Shown here piece by piece: positions 25,421 through 39,143 of a DNA stretch of 64,000 nt; the stretch's first letter is position 1; each line of letters starts with the position of its first letter. Below the pieces are notes generated by a model. It searched no databases and was not told the origin of the DNA. It saw only the letters and a list, made by a program, of their open reading frames with translations. A program made the position numbers and the translations under genes. The DNA lies in the NCBI RefSeq assembly GCF_009834535.1, contig NC_045703.1, forward strand, positions 47,368,001 to 47,432,000, written 5' to 3'. The DNA comes from Camelus ferus. Taxonomy: Eukaryota.

Positions 25421-27766
25421 AAGAAATAACCTCTCCTTCAAACAAGGTAATGACCTTTCCCTTCAGTCTGGTTACACCTTTGACTCCATAGGAATAGTCA
25501 GGACAATGTCATATGCCGAGTGACTCCCAGTAGTCAAGATTCACCCCAAGAGCTGTGCTAAACCTCAACTCCTGTTTTGTTCACTGCAGTACTGAAATAC
25601 TGTTTGTTTGCCACCATTTGTGGAAAACATTTTTATGTGCCACTATTTAAATTTTATTCTTATTGGAGAGAACGAAGTTACTACTGGGAAGTTAGCACTT
25701 TTGCAATATAGGATTGGGAACTGGGGACAAAGAATGAATGCAATAGAACTGTATGAAATAGAAATTGATTTGTGGGGATCATCTGGGAACATAACTTCCT
25801 TTAAAAGCACCCCTTATATAGAAAAAGTGCATTTTAAATTAAAAAATTAACTTCTAATGAAGTAAGCTGTGTTTATTCCCAACATTTAGCACAGAGTCTG
25901 CCATAGGATAAGTGATCAATAAAAACATGTTGAAAACATGTATAATTTTGAAAATGCAACCCATCTGTAAGTTAAGAATGTCTGTCTGCAACTCAACCCC
26001 TCTTCCAAGGGAGCTATGACACATATAAGAAAGTATTAGTGATCAAAAGAAGAAAGCATGTAATAAAATACTAAATCGAATACCACCAAGAACTCCAAGT
26101 ATAAAGTGTAGCCATTAAGATCTAAGAGTAAAAAGGGAAAAAAGATAGCAATAATTGCCAGAATATGTATTTTTAGAGAGTTAAATGAATGTTGAACCTG
26201 AAAAAAATAAAAGGGACAATCAATATCTTACAGTATTTTTAAACTTATAACTTAATAAACTGTGAAATTTAGAAGAATTCTCACCATATGTTTGGTATTT
26301 AGGGTCTATAGCGACAGGTGTATGTTAAAAAATATCAATAACAATTTCTTAAATCAAATGGGTATTGTTAACATGTGGTCATATATTTTTTCAGCCATGT
26401 GATTGCAACATGTGTTAGAATTTCATCAGCAATAATTCTAAGAAAAATATTTTTCTGTTTTAAAAACCCACCTCATCAAGGACAATGTCCTAGATGTAGC
26501 TTTATTTCTTTAGAGCAGAGCAGCACGTGGTCCTGCTAGAGTAGGACACTGCCTTTGGGGATGAATTGAGGAAGCTAGGAAGCCTCTCTTGGCTCAAAAC
26601 GCCTTTCCTGTTCTGCTGTCTCCCTAGCAAAATCGCACCACCAGATATTCACTCCTTTGAGTCAGCATGTGTGCTCTTTCAAAAAGCTAGTCGTTCACCT
26701 CTTAATATAAAAAGTAGCTCTAATATATCCTTCCTTCTCTACGATTAAATGTGGCCACTGAGGAAGTTCATTAACACATTATCATTTGTTGACACCTGCC
26801 ACGAGCTGGACATTATGTAAATCGCTGGGTTACAAAGGTAGATTGTAAGCAGTCTGTTTTTAGGAGTCCATCATTTAGTGGAAAGACAACCTTAAACACT
26901 ATGACGTGATCGGAAGTGTTACGGGAAGACAGTGCGGATTCACATACTGGGTGGGAAGGAGTGATTATTTTATCAGGATACAGAAGTCCGGTATAGGGCA
27001 GATGGCCAAAAGAGGGCGCTGAGTTTTGGTGGGATGGAATTTCTAGGATAAGGAATAGGGAAAGAGATGGCAAAATGAAGTAAAGATAGCATGGATCCTA
27101 TTTTAATTATTTAAAACTAATTTTCTAAGTGAAAGCTTTTATAAAATAATCTCTTCAATTGAGACATGCATGTAACATTTGTTTTAAATTTAGAATCAAG
27201 ATTGTAGCCAATTAATAACCTTTGACAACAAAATGTGAAAGACAAATGTTACAAGATACTTCTGAACATTGTGGTGATGTCACCCTTGTTCTCCTTCATC
27301 TCCCAAATACATAACAGATGAAGGTAAAGTGACAGACATGTACACAAATGATGGTAATAACTGTAGGATTTGAAGTTACTCATGACTGACAAACCGTCAC
27401 AACATTCGTTACTTTTTTCCAAATACCCCTCCTCATGTCAGCAACAATTTCCTGTGCAAAATACCAGAACAATTTCTCCCAAGATACAGTCTCACAGTCA
27501 TCACCCAGACATTATTTCTAAAGTATTTTAAATATTGATTTAGACCATAAGTTCTGATGGTAAGGTACATGAATGCCTATGTTGATTGGTCAATAAACCT
27601 GGTTCACAGCACTATCTTCAGTCATAGATTGCATTTGTGTAATTGCCAACCCACAAGAAACCACCATCCATGTCTGAAGGCTGAGCTCTTCTAAGACTTA
27701 AATGTTAAAGCATTTGCAAGTTTCCCAGGTCTCCTTTTAAGTATGAATTATACTATCATGGGACCA

Positions 27767-27953
27767 CATGGGTTCTCACTCTTGGTACTTACTAACATTT
27801 TGAGCCACTTTTTTTGTGGGGGAGTGGAGGAGACTTCCCTTAGCAGCATCCCTGGCCTCTAAGCACCCCACCAAGTCGTGACAACCAGAAATGTCTCCTA
27901 ACATGGCCAAATAACCTCTGAGGGGCAGAACTGCCCCCTACTGACTCCCACTG
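27767..27953 (-). mobile_element. MER20 hAT-Charlie MITE
   Basis: ttagcagcatccctggcctct...gtgacaaccagaaatgtctcc...acatggccaaat...ctgaggggcagaactgcccc. Confidence 0.85.
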
Positions 27954-28298
27954 GGTTCATACCATACCAATATCCACTCTTCAGTAATGTAATTGATATT
28001 GCTTATAGATCTATTTTATAGGGCCCATAACATGTTGAAAGGAAGCCTACATAGGACTCATTGAGAAAGAATGGCCGACCAACCAGATCAACACCCATAG
28101 CCAATGATACATCAGAACTCATTTGACCACAGATGACAGCCTATATAACTCAATCAGAAGGAAGTTAAGCAGGAGTGAACCATGTGGTATGACACAGTGG
28201 ACTTCCTTCTATGTGAGACATTTTTTTTTCTGCTTGTAAATGTAACACATGAAGAAAACAAAAATTAGCCCTTATATCACCACCAGGAGATAATGGTT

Positions 28299-28712
28299 AT
28301 TGTGGTAAACTTTATTATTTTTTTCCTGATGTTTACCACTTCTCCATGAGATGTGTGGGGTCTTTTCTGTAAGAGATTATTCCTTTTACCCCAGTGAAGC
28401 CAGTCTTGTACACAGGACTCACTTTGACCAATGAAATATGAGTGGAAATGATGTGCTACTTCTTGGTACAATCTTTAAAAGGCATCACATGATTTCTCCG
28501 GGGCTCTTTTCTCTCTGCCATGTGAAAGACAAAGTACCAAAGAAGGGCTGTTCCTTAAGACCAAATACCAGGACAAGAGGGACGCAAGAAGCAGAGCTAC
28601 AGCTGACTCTCAGCTGACATGAAACAAGAGCAAGAATCTAACCTTTACTGTTATGCCACTAAATTTTAGGATTGTTTGTTACTGCAGCATAACCTCATAA
28701 AGTCTAACTTAT
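28299..28712 (+). mobile_element. MLT1 (H/I/J-like) solo LTR
   Basis: actcactttgaccaatgaaatatgagtggaaatgatgtg...aacctttactgttatgccactaaattttaggattgtttgttactgcagcataacc. Confidence 0.75.
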
Positions 28713-28729
28713 AGTATATCTTATTCTAG

Positions 28730-29150
28730 TCTTTCTGTATATGTATGTGTATACATAATGAATAAAATTTAAATATATTGTTTAAAATTTGTATGTTTCT
28801 ATACAAATATATTTATAATACTTGGGGTAATTTTCACTTAACATGTTTCTCTTTTTGATAGCTTTCAAGTATAATTCTCCCTATTTTACATGAATTTTAA
28901 TAACAGCCTGGTATTCCATCATAGTAAGTCAGCTCCTCCATGTTATTACATTTTTACTTTATTTTCAATTAACACTCTTACATATAATATCCCCATGCAG
29001 AAATATTTGTGTGAAACTTCGATTATTTTCTTAGGATAAGTCAAGGAAGTGAAATTGCTGGGTAGAGAGGGCAAATGTTTGTAAGGCTTTTATTAGAGAT
29101 GGCAGAGTGGCTTACCATAATTATCACACTCATAGACTCTGTCCAGGGTA
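28730..29150 (-). mobile_element. Old L1M fragment
   Basis: ttttaataacagcctggtattccatcata...ataagtcaaggaagtgaaattgctgggtagagagggc (antisense ORF2 end). Confidence 0.6.
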
Positions 29151-30883
29151 GATCTAAGTGTTATTTCTTTACACCCTCACAGCAACACTGGAGATTGACA
29201 TTAAGTTAAAAAAAAGCCAAACTTTGAAAATGAGAGCAAAATACTATCTTGTTTTTGGTTTCTTTTCCTGGCTTGCTAGTGAAATTTTTTTTTTTTGTAT
29301 TATTTTAAGTACTCCATTCCTTATTTTCAAAGTCAACAAGAAATAGTTTTATGAAACCTGGTTTTCCGACTCAAGTTAGATAGCTAACATGAATAGGATC
29401 CAGAGTCCAAATCAATAATCCAATAATTAGCCCCAAGTAATTTAGAACAATAAAATACAGTAGAAATGTTAGTATGAAAGAAATTCATGTAAAGATGATT
29501 TCAAGGGATCCTTGAAAGGAGTGAAAAGGTTGAGAAGCAATGCTATGGGTCACTCATTCATCCATGAACTCATTGAACAAATGAGTGGCTAGAAAGAGCC
29601 AGGTATTGTGCAAATGCTGAAGACATGGTGTTGCACAAGACAGACAGGCCTCCTGCACACACAGACCTTGCAATCTATTAGCCAAAGACAAACCATTACA
29701 CTAGCAATAGCCATTTAACTTGATAATGGCCTGATAGGATATAGGCAGAGCCAAGAGATCTGGTGGCAGGAGTTCCCAACATTGCCAGATGTCCTCTTCA
29801 AAACATTCCTAGATGGAACATGCCATTTAACAAGTGGCAGATTTAGATTCGAAACCAAGTCTCCTTGATGCTCCATGTCAGCATTCAGCCAAAGAATTTT
29901 TCAATATAAGTTAGGAGGGCAGTACATAAAATATGTAGAAAAAGAGAACATAAGGACAAAACAATCTCACCTTATATTTCAAGTCCATGTATGTGTAGCT
30001 TTAGCCTAGGAAGTAGAATGCATCTTAGTTCTTTCCTAATATTGCTTTGTTGACATTTATCTGTGAAGATTCTTTGTCATTATTATTTCCACTAATAATT
30101 TCCTATATAGTACATTGGAAAGTTGAGTTCTTTGGCAGACATTCTTATTACCATTTATTTATATGCACAAATATATTTATTTTGTCCTTGTGATTAAATG
30201 TTAGTTCTTAAAACAGAAATGGATTTTTAGAAGCTGGATGGCTGTTTGGGTTTGTAAAACAAGTTAAACCTGACAATAAGTCATGTGCTTTAAATTTCCT
30301 TGGTTGGCAGCACTGTTGACTCTGGTGGCAGCACTGTGTGTAAGTCAAGCCTTCTTGCTGTCTTCCATAAACTGTTGCATGGTAGACCGATGTCAGCCAA
30401 CCCTGAAGGAAATATCCGAAAATAACACATTTATTTTTGATATGATATTGACCTGTCATGCCTCCAGTTTCCTCATTACATGGTGTGGAAAAGCTTTCAA
30501 AGTCTGAGAGAACACCATTACCTGGGTCACTAGAATTTGAACATTTTATGGAGAGGAGACCATCATAATTTAAATGTGTCTTTGCAAAGTTGACTGTTGT
30601 TTGTCTAGCTCAGGGTCTCAACATTGTCATTAGCTTATTTTAACAGAATTCTAAAGTAATGGTTCACAAGATGATCAAAAAGTATATTTTTATTTGTTTG
30701 TCTCATTTTATATTTTAGTTAATGGCATTGATTAGTCTTGATGTTTGAGTCTTGGCTGAGCAGAAAAGGCATGTCTTCATGTATGTATTTGTTTTCTTTA
30801 TTTGCTTTGGACCTATGAGATAGCCTCACAATTAAAAAGAAACTTAGACAAGAAGGATCCTTTGAAAGCTCAGATAACTTCTT

Positions 30884-31491
30884 CTTTTAAAAACTTTTTA
30901 TTTATTTATTTATTTATTTATTTTACTGAAGTACAGTCAGTTTACAATGTTGTGTCAATTTCTGGTGTACAGTATAATGTTTCAGTCATACATACACATA
31001 CATATATTCCTTTTCATATTCTTTTTCATGATAGGTTACTATAAGATATTGAATACAGTTCCCTGTGCCATATAGTAGAAACTTGTTGTTTATCTATTCT
31101 ATATACAGTAGTTAGTATCTGCAAATCTCAAACTCCCAATTTATCCCTTCCCACCCCCTTTCCCTCCTGGTAACCATAAGTTTATTTTCTGTGTCTGTGA
31201 GTCTGTTTCTGTTTTAAAAATAAGTTCACTTGTCTTTTTTTTTTTTTCAGATTCCACAGATAAGTGATATTATGTGCTATTTTTCTTTCTCTTTCTGGCT
31301 TACTTCATTTAGAATGACGATCTCCATGTCCATCCATGTTGCAGCAAATGGCATTTTTTATGGATGAGTAGTGTTCCATTGTATATAAATACCACAACTT
31401 CTTTATCCAGTCATCTGTCAATAGACATTTAGGTTGTTTCTATGTCTTGGCTATTGTAAATAGTGCTGCTATGGACCTTGGAGTGCATGTA
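30884..31491 (-). mobile_element. Young 5'-truncated camelid L1 with perfect 14-bp TSD
   Basis: (TTTA)n tail, gaagtacagtcagtttacaatgttgtgtcaatttctgg...; tcagataacttctt at 30870-30883 and 31492-31505. Confidence 0.95.
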
Positions 31492-32009
31492 TCAGATAAC
31501 TTCTTGAGCAAATTGAAGGCCTATTAGTTATTCAAGGTGTTAAATAATTTTGGTGGGGGGTAGGGTTCTGCATGTTGCTGCAGAAGGAATCATTTTTCTG
31601 CTCTGTTCATTAGCACCACTATAGTTGGATGCTTCCATTCATTTCTAGACAGAGTCTCCACCAAACCAAGTGTTTTCATTCATTCATCATGCATTTATTT
31701 GTTTATTCAACAAATGCCTGTGGGCAATGTACTATGTTCCTGTTCTCTGTGTTATGCTAGGGCTAGATCAAAACTACAAAAATCCATGCCTTTGATTCAT
31801 AGCCTAAAAAATCATAATGCTTACATGTGAGTGGCACATTGTGGCTTACAGAAATATTCACTTGCATTATGTCATTTGATTCACAACAACCTTGTGAGAC
31901 AGAGAAAATGGATACTGTTTGCATTTCACAAATTAGGTAGCTAATCTTTGTGCTTCTAAGTAGATTTTTGTCTACCAAATATTAATCTAGCATCATGAGC
32001 TGAAATTTT

Positions 32010-32560
32010 ATCTATATGGTACCTACAAATGTTGATCTAGACAATAGCAGTCTCAGTGGAGTCAGTGGTGGGGAGGAAAGGATGATTGGTTGAGAAGGGT
32101 GGAGGAGAGAGGAAGTGAGAAGTGGAGACAGTGAGTGCTTAGAGACCTCTTTTGAGGAAGTGGTGGGATAGGCAGACAAATGAAGGAGGACATGAGGTCC
32201 AGGGAGGTTTAGTTTTTTGAAGCATGTTCACATGCTGATAAGGATGAGACAGTAACAAGAAGAGTATTGATGATGCAGGGTAGAGGAAGGGGATAATTGC
32301 AAGAAAAAATTCTCTGAAAAGCTGAAAGAGGAAAAAAATCTGGGGTGAAAAATAGTCTTAGAAGAAAAAAAGGAGTGAATTCAGTTTAATAGGAAAAAAG
32401 ATAAAAGTACGGATATGGATAGGTATGTTGGTAGATTTGGAAGCAGTAAATGAGATTACTTTCTTCTAATTGTTTCTATTATCTTAGTGAAATAAGAGAC
32501 TAGTTAGCTAAGGGTGAGGAGCAAGCAGATGGTGTTTGGTTTTTAAGGAAAAAGGAAAGG
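32010..32560 (-). mobile_element. L2 LINE fragment
   Basis: agcagtctcagtggagtcagtggtgggg...gagaagtggagacagtgagtgcttagagacctcttttgaggaag. Confidence 0.7.
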
Positions 32561-33005
32561 TATAAGACAATCATTACAGATTCCATTTTACATTTTTAAT
32601 GTCATAGTTTTTCCTTCAATTTCCTACATAAAGATGAAAACATACTGACTTCTAGAAATTTACATAATTGTAAAAGTCTTCGCTATTGTCATTATTATTT
32701 ATTTATTTTATATCCATCCATAGGAATATTTTACCTTAATGTAAGATCATTTGGACTAGTTGAACATCCTGTCTTAATGGAAAAAATTTGTATTGTGTCA
32801 CATGCAAAGCAATGTTTAATATGTCAAAACTTTTACTGCTGATAATGACGATTTGCTAGTTTTGAAGTTCGAAATATTTGTGAATTAATGGTGGTTATGT
32901 TTGTTGCCAAACTCTGCAGTAGTATTTTATAGATTTGAGTGATGGTCCTTACAAAATTTCAGTGAATTTTTTATATTTTTAAAGACTACATCAAGGGGTG
33001 GATAT

Positions 33006-33477
33006 TGTTCAGGTTAATTCTTCATGGCATTTCTACATATATTGTTACAGCTTTTGTTCCATTCTGTCTTTTCATGGCTTTTTCTTGTGCACTTGACATG
33101 GCATATGAAAGACCAAGATCCTTCTACAAGAGGGCAGATTTGCTTTCTAACTGTATAAAGATAATAGCTCCCTCTGGAAAAGGTTGGGTAGACTTGTTAG
33201 CAACTCCTTATAAGACTGGAGTTTTCCTAAACTTGGAATACAGACTCACTATGGATACAGCACCTACCTAGACCCACCTACACCACTCCCATGGGATTTG
33301 GGGTGCAGGGTGAAATGACTCAAACATGAAGTTCATACTATCTGCTGTGCTGTGAGTAATAAAGTCTTTTGTCTCTGACCCAGGAGTCTTATGTCTTCTG
33401 ATAGCATTTATGAAACTGTGGCCAGCTAACTTGTTAACTTACAAGTAAACATCTCAGACTTCTCAAAATTCCTGACA
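33006..33477 (+). mobile_element. ERV1-type solo LTR (eutherian MER class; subfamily not assigned)
   Basis: TG...CA ends; AATAAA at 33358-63, then gtcttttgtctctgacccaggagtc...gaaactgtggccagctaacttgttaacttacaag...cctgaca. Confidence 0.75.
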
Positions 33478-35014
33478 TTTCAAAGGGCTACATCAGCACA
33501 ACTATTTAAATATCATTTTAAATACAAATATCAGGTACATGGATGTTTGCTCTTTATGCCATTTGTTTCAATACTCTTCAATTAGTTTTTAGAATTCTAC
33601 CTTTGCCCTTAATCTTTTTCTTTCTCTCTTTTCTTTCTTTTATTGTTTCTAATTTTAAGGACTGAATTTAAGCACCTAATTATTTCATTCAACATTTAAG
33701 ACACATAATATGTTTTCAAGTCTTTTAGTAATATTTAAATGTTTGGCTTTTAAAAATGACAACTTTTCCTAAATTTGTCTGTATTAAGGATAGTTATTTC
33801 AGAAGAGTTTTCTTTTGAGTGAAATAGTAATTGTTTCTGAGTCACAGCAAGCAAGGGATTGAATTTTAAACTCTGAAGATCACATTCCAGCCAAGACATT
33901 TCCCAAGGAAAGAAGCCCATGCACTTCCCTAAATATTAAGCAAATGGCAACAATAATTAGTAGAGAACTGCTTTGAACTGATGATGGAGAGCAGCTCACT
34001 GAAGCTTGCCAAATTTAGGCTTGGTAAAATGAAACTTAGTAGGTACAGGCACAGTAGACACCAAGGTCAGTCATCGTGGCAGGTCAGGGAGGGCCCAGCT
34101 GGCTTCTTTCAAAGGATACAACCAAAGAGAGGGTCTTGGAAGTCATCAAAGAGTTGAGACATGAGCAGAATAAAATGCTCTGGAGATGGCAAGGGAAAAT
34201 TACATCCTGTGCTTTCAGGACTGCAGGATGTGGGTTGACAGAATCAAGCATGGAACTTTCCTACTCAAAACGAGTCAGGGGGTAAGACTGGTGATCAAAG
34301 GCAGGAAGTAAATAAAGATCCCATGCAGCTCAGACTCATGATGCATACTGCACAGTGAAACCCAACTGAATTGTTTCCCAACTGGTAAGGAAACATGATA
34401 AAACAAGTGAGAGCATGCCTAATTCTGGAAAACTTGGTGGGTCTTAGTTAAGCCCTGAATTGCCCAGATTAAAACATCACTAAGTATAATTAACTATCCA
34501 TTTATTTGGATATGCGAACATTCATCTAGTTTAAGGAGTTTAATATAAATTTATGGAATTAAAGTTATAGACCATTAAAACACTCTTAGTATGAGATGTG
34601 TTAATTCAGTGTTCATTGTGTTACATTTCTTCCTAAACTCATTAAAGTAAAAAATATTTATAGAAATGATAAGCTTTTATAGGTATTATTTGGGGGGGGG
34701 GATAAAATATTGTCAAGTAGCTATGCTAATGAGCTACTTCTACCTGTTTATAAAAGCACTTGGACTTTGACATCTATTTTGGATAATTCTAGATGCTAAG
34801 CCTCTTTTCTTGAAAATGAGTTCAGAGAGGATCACTGGTGTTTAGTGGCTTTCCTTCATGCCAATTGAAAGGAATCACCAGGAGAATCTTCATTACAATT
34901 TTAGTCCTCATCTTTATAGGCTGTTAGCTACTACACCAAAATAGGTTGCCCCCAGAAGAAAAGGCAACCAAATAAATGTACGAGTCTGAAAGTGAGAAGT
35001 TTGCTCCATATGCC

Positions 35015-35740
35015 ATTTATTTCATAAATGCGTATCTATCTGTCCTTATGGGGCTTACACTCTGGCAGTGGGAGACTGACAACCAACCAACAAATCAAAT
35101 AATATGTCAGGTGGTGATAAGTGCTGTGGAGGGAAGCAGAGCAGGGGAAAAGGAATAAGGAGTGCTGAGAGTGGGATGGGTGTGCTGTTAGTCAGATATT
35201 CCAAAAACACACTTTGATGTTCCTTTGCACAAACCCTTCAAAGCCATGCCATGCCATTCAGCACCAAAATCACACTTGCAAGCCCAGTTTATCCCACCCT
35301 GCATGGTTTAATCCTTGACAAAGTCTCCATTCTCAACTCCTTTGATGCCTCCAGACACACTCTTCATTTTGGCCATAGTTACACAAATTCCCAGATTAGG
35401 CCATGCTGTCTCATGCCTCCACACATCTACTTGTTTATGCACCTGAAAATACCTATTCCTTCCTCCCCAATTCTGTCTACTAGTTAGTTTCTTCTTATCC
35501 TTTAAAATTCAGATCTAGCGTCATATCTTCTTAGAAGTGCTTTTTGATCCATTTTGTCTGCTATCACGCATTAGTTTCAAGCCCCTCCTCTTTTCAGGGT
35601 GCTGTAAAAGCCTTCCCCCAGCCATGCAACCTGCTCCCAATTCCACAACACTGTACTCTGTCCTTCTCTCTGTTTGAGCACCTTTCACATTGTGTTGTTC
35701 TGTATAGAAGTTTGGAAGTGATGGGCACAAACAAATGATG
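35015..35740. mobile_element. Two L2 fragments in opposite orientations
   Basis: ggggcttacactctggcagtgggagactgacaa (antisense, 35015-35200); pyrimidine-rich L2-like text at 35280-35740. Confidence 0.55.
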
Positions 35741-35750
35741 TCCTCACTTC

Positions 35751-36215
35751 TTTTTTTTTTTAATTGATTCATTTCTTTCTTTCTTTGTTATTGAAATATA
35801 GTCAGTTTACAATATTGTTTCAATTTCTGGTGTACAGCATAATGTTTCAGTCATACATACATATACATATATTCATTTTCATATTCTTTTTTATTATAGG
35901 ATACTACAAGATATTGAATATAGTTCCCTGTGCTACGCAGTAGAAACTTGTTATCTATTTTATCTATAGGAGTTAGTATCTGCAAATCTCAAATTCCCAA
36001 TTTATCCCTTCCCACCTTTTTTTCTCCCCAGTAACCATAAGTTTGTTTTCTATGTCTGAGCCTGTTTCTGCTTTGTAAATAAGTTCATTTGTGTCCTTTT
36101 TTTTTTTTTTTGAGATTCCACATATGAGTGATATCATATGGTATTTTTCTTTCTCTTTCTGGCTTACTTGACTTAGAATGATGATCTCCAGGTCCATCCA
36201 TGTTGCTGCAACTCA
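35751..36215 (-). mobile_element. 5'-truncated camelid L1
   Basis: poly-T, gaaatatagtcagtttacaatattg...ttagaatgatgatctccaggtccatccatgttgctgca; candidate TSD ctcacttc at 35743-50 / 36216-23. Confidence 0.93.
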
Positions 36216-36547
36216 CTCACTTCCAATCGGCTCCCCTCACCCCAGTGTGAATTACTTGAGGAAGGTTTGCATATGTTTGCATTTACACTACTTGCCTGAC
36301 CACAGTCCCTCGTACACGGAATGCATCTCACAAACATTTGTTTCATCAGTGAATTCTATACATCAACTTTCTAATCAAACTCTAGATCTTGATTGACTTA
36401 GTGCCAAAGATCCTCCATAGTATTTTTCTACACACTGGTATTAAGATATGGTAACATGAACATCTCTAGCCCAGTTTCTTTCTTTTTTGTTCTTTTCCTA
36501 CTGTAGATGCCATGTCATATTCTGAGGACATAATATCTAATGCTCAT

Positions 36548-36755
36548 TGAATTCATACTATGGCCAAGTTCTGTTCTAAGCATTTTGCCTCTAACAACTT
36601 ATTTATTCCTCATGACACCCCTAGAGATAGGTATTATCAATTTTCCCATCTTGCATGGGCAAAAAAGTGCTTAAGCAGTTTGTCCAAGGTCAGTCATATA
36701 ACTAGGTTTCCAACCCCTTGTAGCCTGACTCCAATTCTTGTGTTTTTAACCACTA
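36548..36755 (-). mobile_element. MIR SINE
   Basis: gataggtattatcaattttcccatcttgca...agtttgtccaaggtca...gcctgactcca. Confidence 0.7.
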
Positions 36756-37718
36756 ATATACCATATTATCTAATTTTCATTAAGCTTCTGAAAGTTAAAT
36801 TATTCATTTCTTAAGAGAGGGGAAAAGAAGCAGTTGAGAAAAATTGGCAGAGAATCTGAACTACTGAAATTTTTGAGGGTTGTTTGGTTTGGTGTGGAGG
36901 GTGCAAAGTACCTTAGGAATTGTGCCAAAGCTTTAAACTTAAGCCTCTAGGTACAGTAAATTAGATGCATGATATTCTTGTCATCTGCTGTCTTCAATAA
37001 TAATTCATTTAATCCAGTGAAGGATGGTAAATACTTTGGAATAAATACAAGATGCTGTGGTTTCCATGGGGTGAGGTAAGAAGACATAAAGCAAATAGCC
37101 AACTCTTTGTAGCTTGCAAATAGTTTTTCCACTATATACTATATGTCCTGTTGGCCTAATAACAACAAACATTTGAAAAGCATGCTCACATGCACTATTT
37201 CATTTGATTCTTTCCACAACTCTGGATGATAAGTAGCTCATAGGTAATCCACGTCTTACAGATGCAGACTCAAAATGTAAAAAGCATGAATGAAGCACGT
37301 GAATTACATTGCTTCTTTTGTCCTCCTTTTCTTGCTTTTTGTAAATTATATCAGATATTTTAATTGCAATTGATGCTGTTTATCTAATATAAAATGATAG
37401 CAAATTTGGTATAGCTTTTCATTAATGCTAAAAAATGATTCGTTGAGAAACCATCCCTAAAGTCACAAAAATGGATATACAGGCCATCTCTACACAATCT
37501 CTTAACTTAGAAGTTTTTAATTGCTGGTCTTACTTACAGCTCTTCTGTGCCCATCCTTGGAGGCTCCTGCCTCCCGCATTCCTACCGGAGGAGAGAACAG
37601 AAAAACTTAGAATGGTGGTTCTCAAAAATCTGTGTGAAGTTCTTAATAATATTTTAGTGATAGTGACCCACAATTTTCTAGAGAAAGCAAAGAAACTTCA
37701 TATCTTTTTTTCCAATAC

Positions 37719-37808
37719 TTTTTTTTTTTTTAATGCATGTACTGGGTATTGAACCCAGGACCTCGTGCATTCTAAGCATGCGCTCTACCACTGACCTATA
37801 CCCTCTCC
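37719..37808 (-). mobile_element. Camelid tRNA-derived SINE (vic-1 type, short form)
   Basis: Reverse strand ggagagggtataggtcagtggtagagcgcatgcttagaatgcacgaggtcctgggttcaatacccagtac plus poly-A. Confidence 0.92.
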
Positions 37809-38019
37809 TGAATCTTTTATCACACTGGGTCATTATCACAGCCGTCTGAAGTATGTGTGGTAAATGTTAATATTCCAGGTTTATAGGTGAAGAATTGGCA
37901 CATACCTAGGATAAGTGACTCAATATTCTTTTCAAAGATTTCTCATTGGCCTCTCCATGTGTTTCTGTGAATTTATGTCTGCTCTGAAGCATGAGAAGGT
38001 TTTTCTTCATAAAGCAACT

Positions 38020-39143
38020 CCTTCTCACTTACCCCATCTAAATAAACAGCTCCATCATCTACCAGTTGCTTGAGTAACAAATGTGGGAGGATTTCTCTCC
38101 TTTTCTTCTCCCCACATCAAATTCACTGGCAAATCCTGATGACTTTATTTCTGAAACATAGTCAGAATGTGTCAAGTTCTTTACTGTACAGATGTTTTGG
38201 TTATTACATTTAAAGCCAGCAGTCCTAGGACCTAGAGAACTCTTATGTCATAGGTGCTCAACAAATATGTGTAAAAATGAGTATTTTCATTCCTACACAA
38301 GGAGTGATAATCAAAGTATTTAGCAATATATATGGCAGGAGTTTGGACCATGAGCAGAAATACTAAAGTCCTGTAAGTTGCCTGCTATGCTAGATCTTAA
38401 CTCTTCTATTACTGCATCCTGAGGCTGTTTGGAGGTTCTGGAGAGAGGATAGGATGGGACAGGAAGGTGGCAGCATTTGGGGGACTCAGAACAAGGGCTG
38501 CTTATCAACATGTAGAGAGAAATTTCTATATCTTAACAACTGAACGTTACATTTTGACTTTACCTGGTGTAATAGCCAAATATCAGCTACCACTTAGTTT
38601 TAGCTACCACCATTGCTCCCAGGATTTCTTAATTTCCAATATCTACCTAATTGCTAGAATTATGATTTAAATACAATAGTCATTCATCTTGTTCCCCTGT
38701 TTGGAATCTCCCAAAGGACTTCCCATTACCCTTATAATAAAACCCAAATCTATTCAGCCTTACAGATCTTTTTAGATTCCTTGACTCTGTCTTTGGACTA
38801 GATATTTCTTCTCTAATCCTCATGTGGCTGCCTTTTTCTTATCTTGGAAAAGAACTGAGCTGTAATCCTCTTTCTTCAGAGGGTAATTCTTTTGACTACC
38901 CAACATTAAGGAGCTTTCCCAGTCATTCTCTATCTCACCACTCTATTTTAATCCTCTGCCTGGAACTCCTTGCTACCAACTGTGTTTGTGTTTTCAGATT
39001 TGGTCTCACTCTCCTCACTTGAATTAAGCAGAGCACTGGAGCTTTATCTCCCTTGTTCATGACAGTATCCCAGGACCACCCAGAACAGTGCTGAGCACAT
39101 AGTAGGCTCTTAGTAAATATTTATCTCTTGATTGAATGAATGA
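38020..39143 (+). mobile_element. L2 LINE, fragmented 3' kilobase
   Basis: Ends with an L2-type terminus cagaacagtgctgagcacatagtaggctcttagtaaatatt...gaatgaatgaa. Confidence 0.75.

Noticed and set aside
35973-36197. ORF MDLEIIILSQVSQKEKEKYHMISLICGI
   Set aside because: It is the C-terminal tail of L1 ORF2p within a truncated L1, not a gene.
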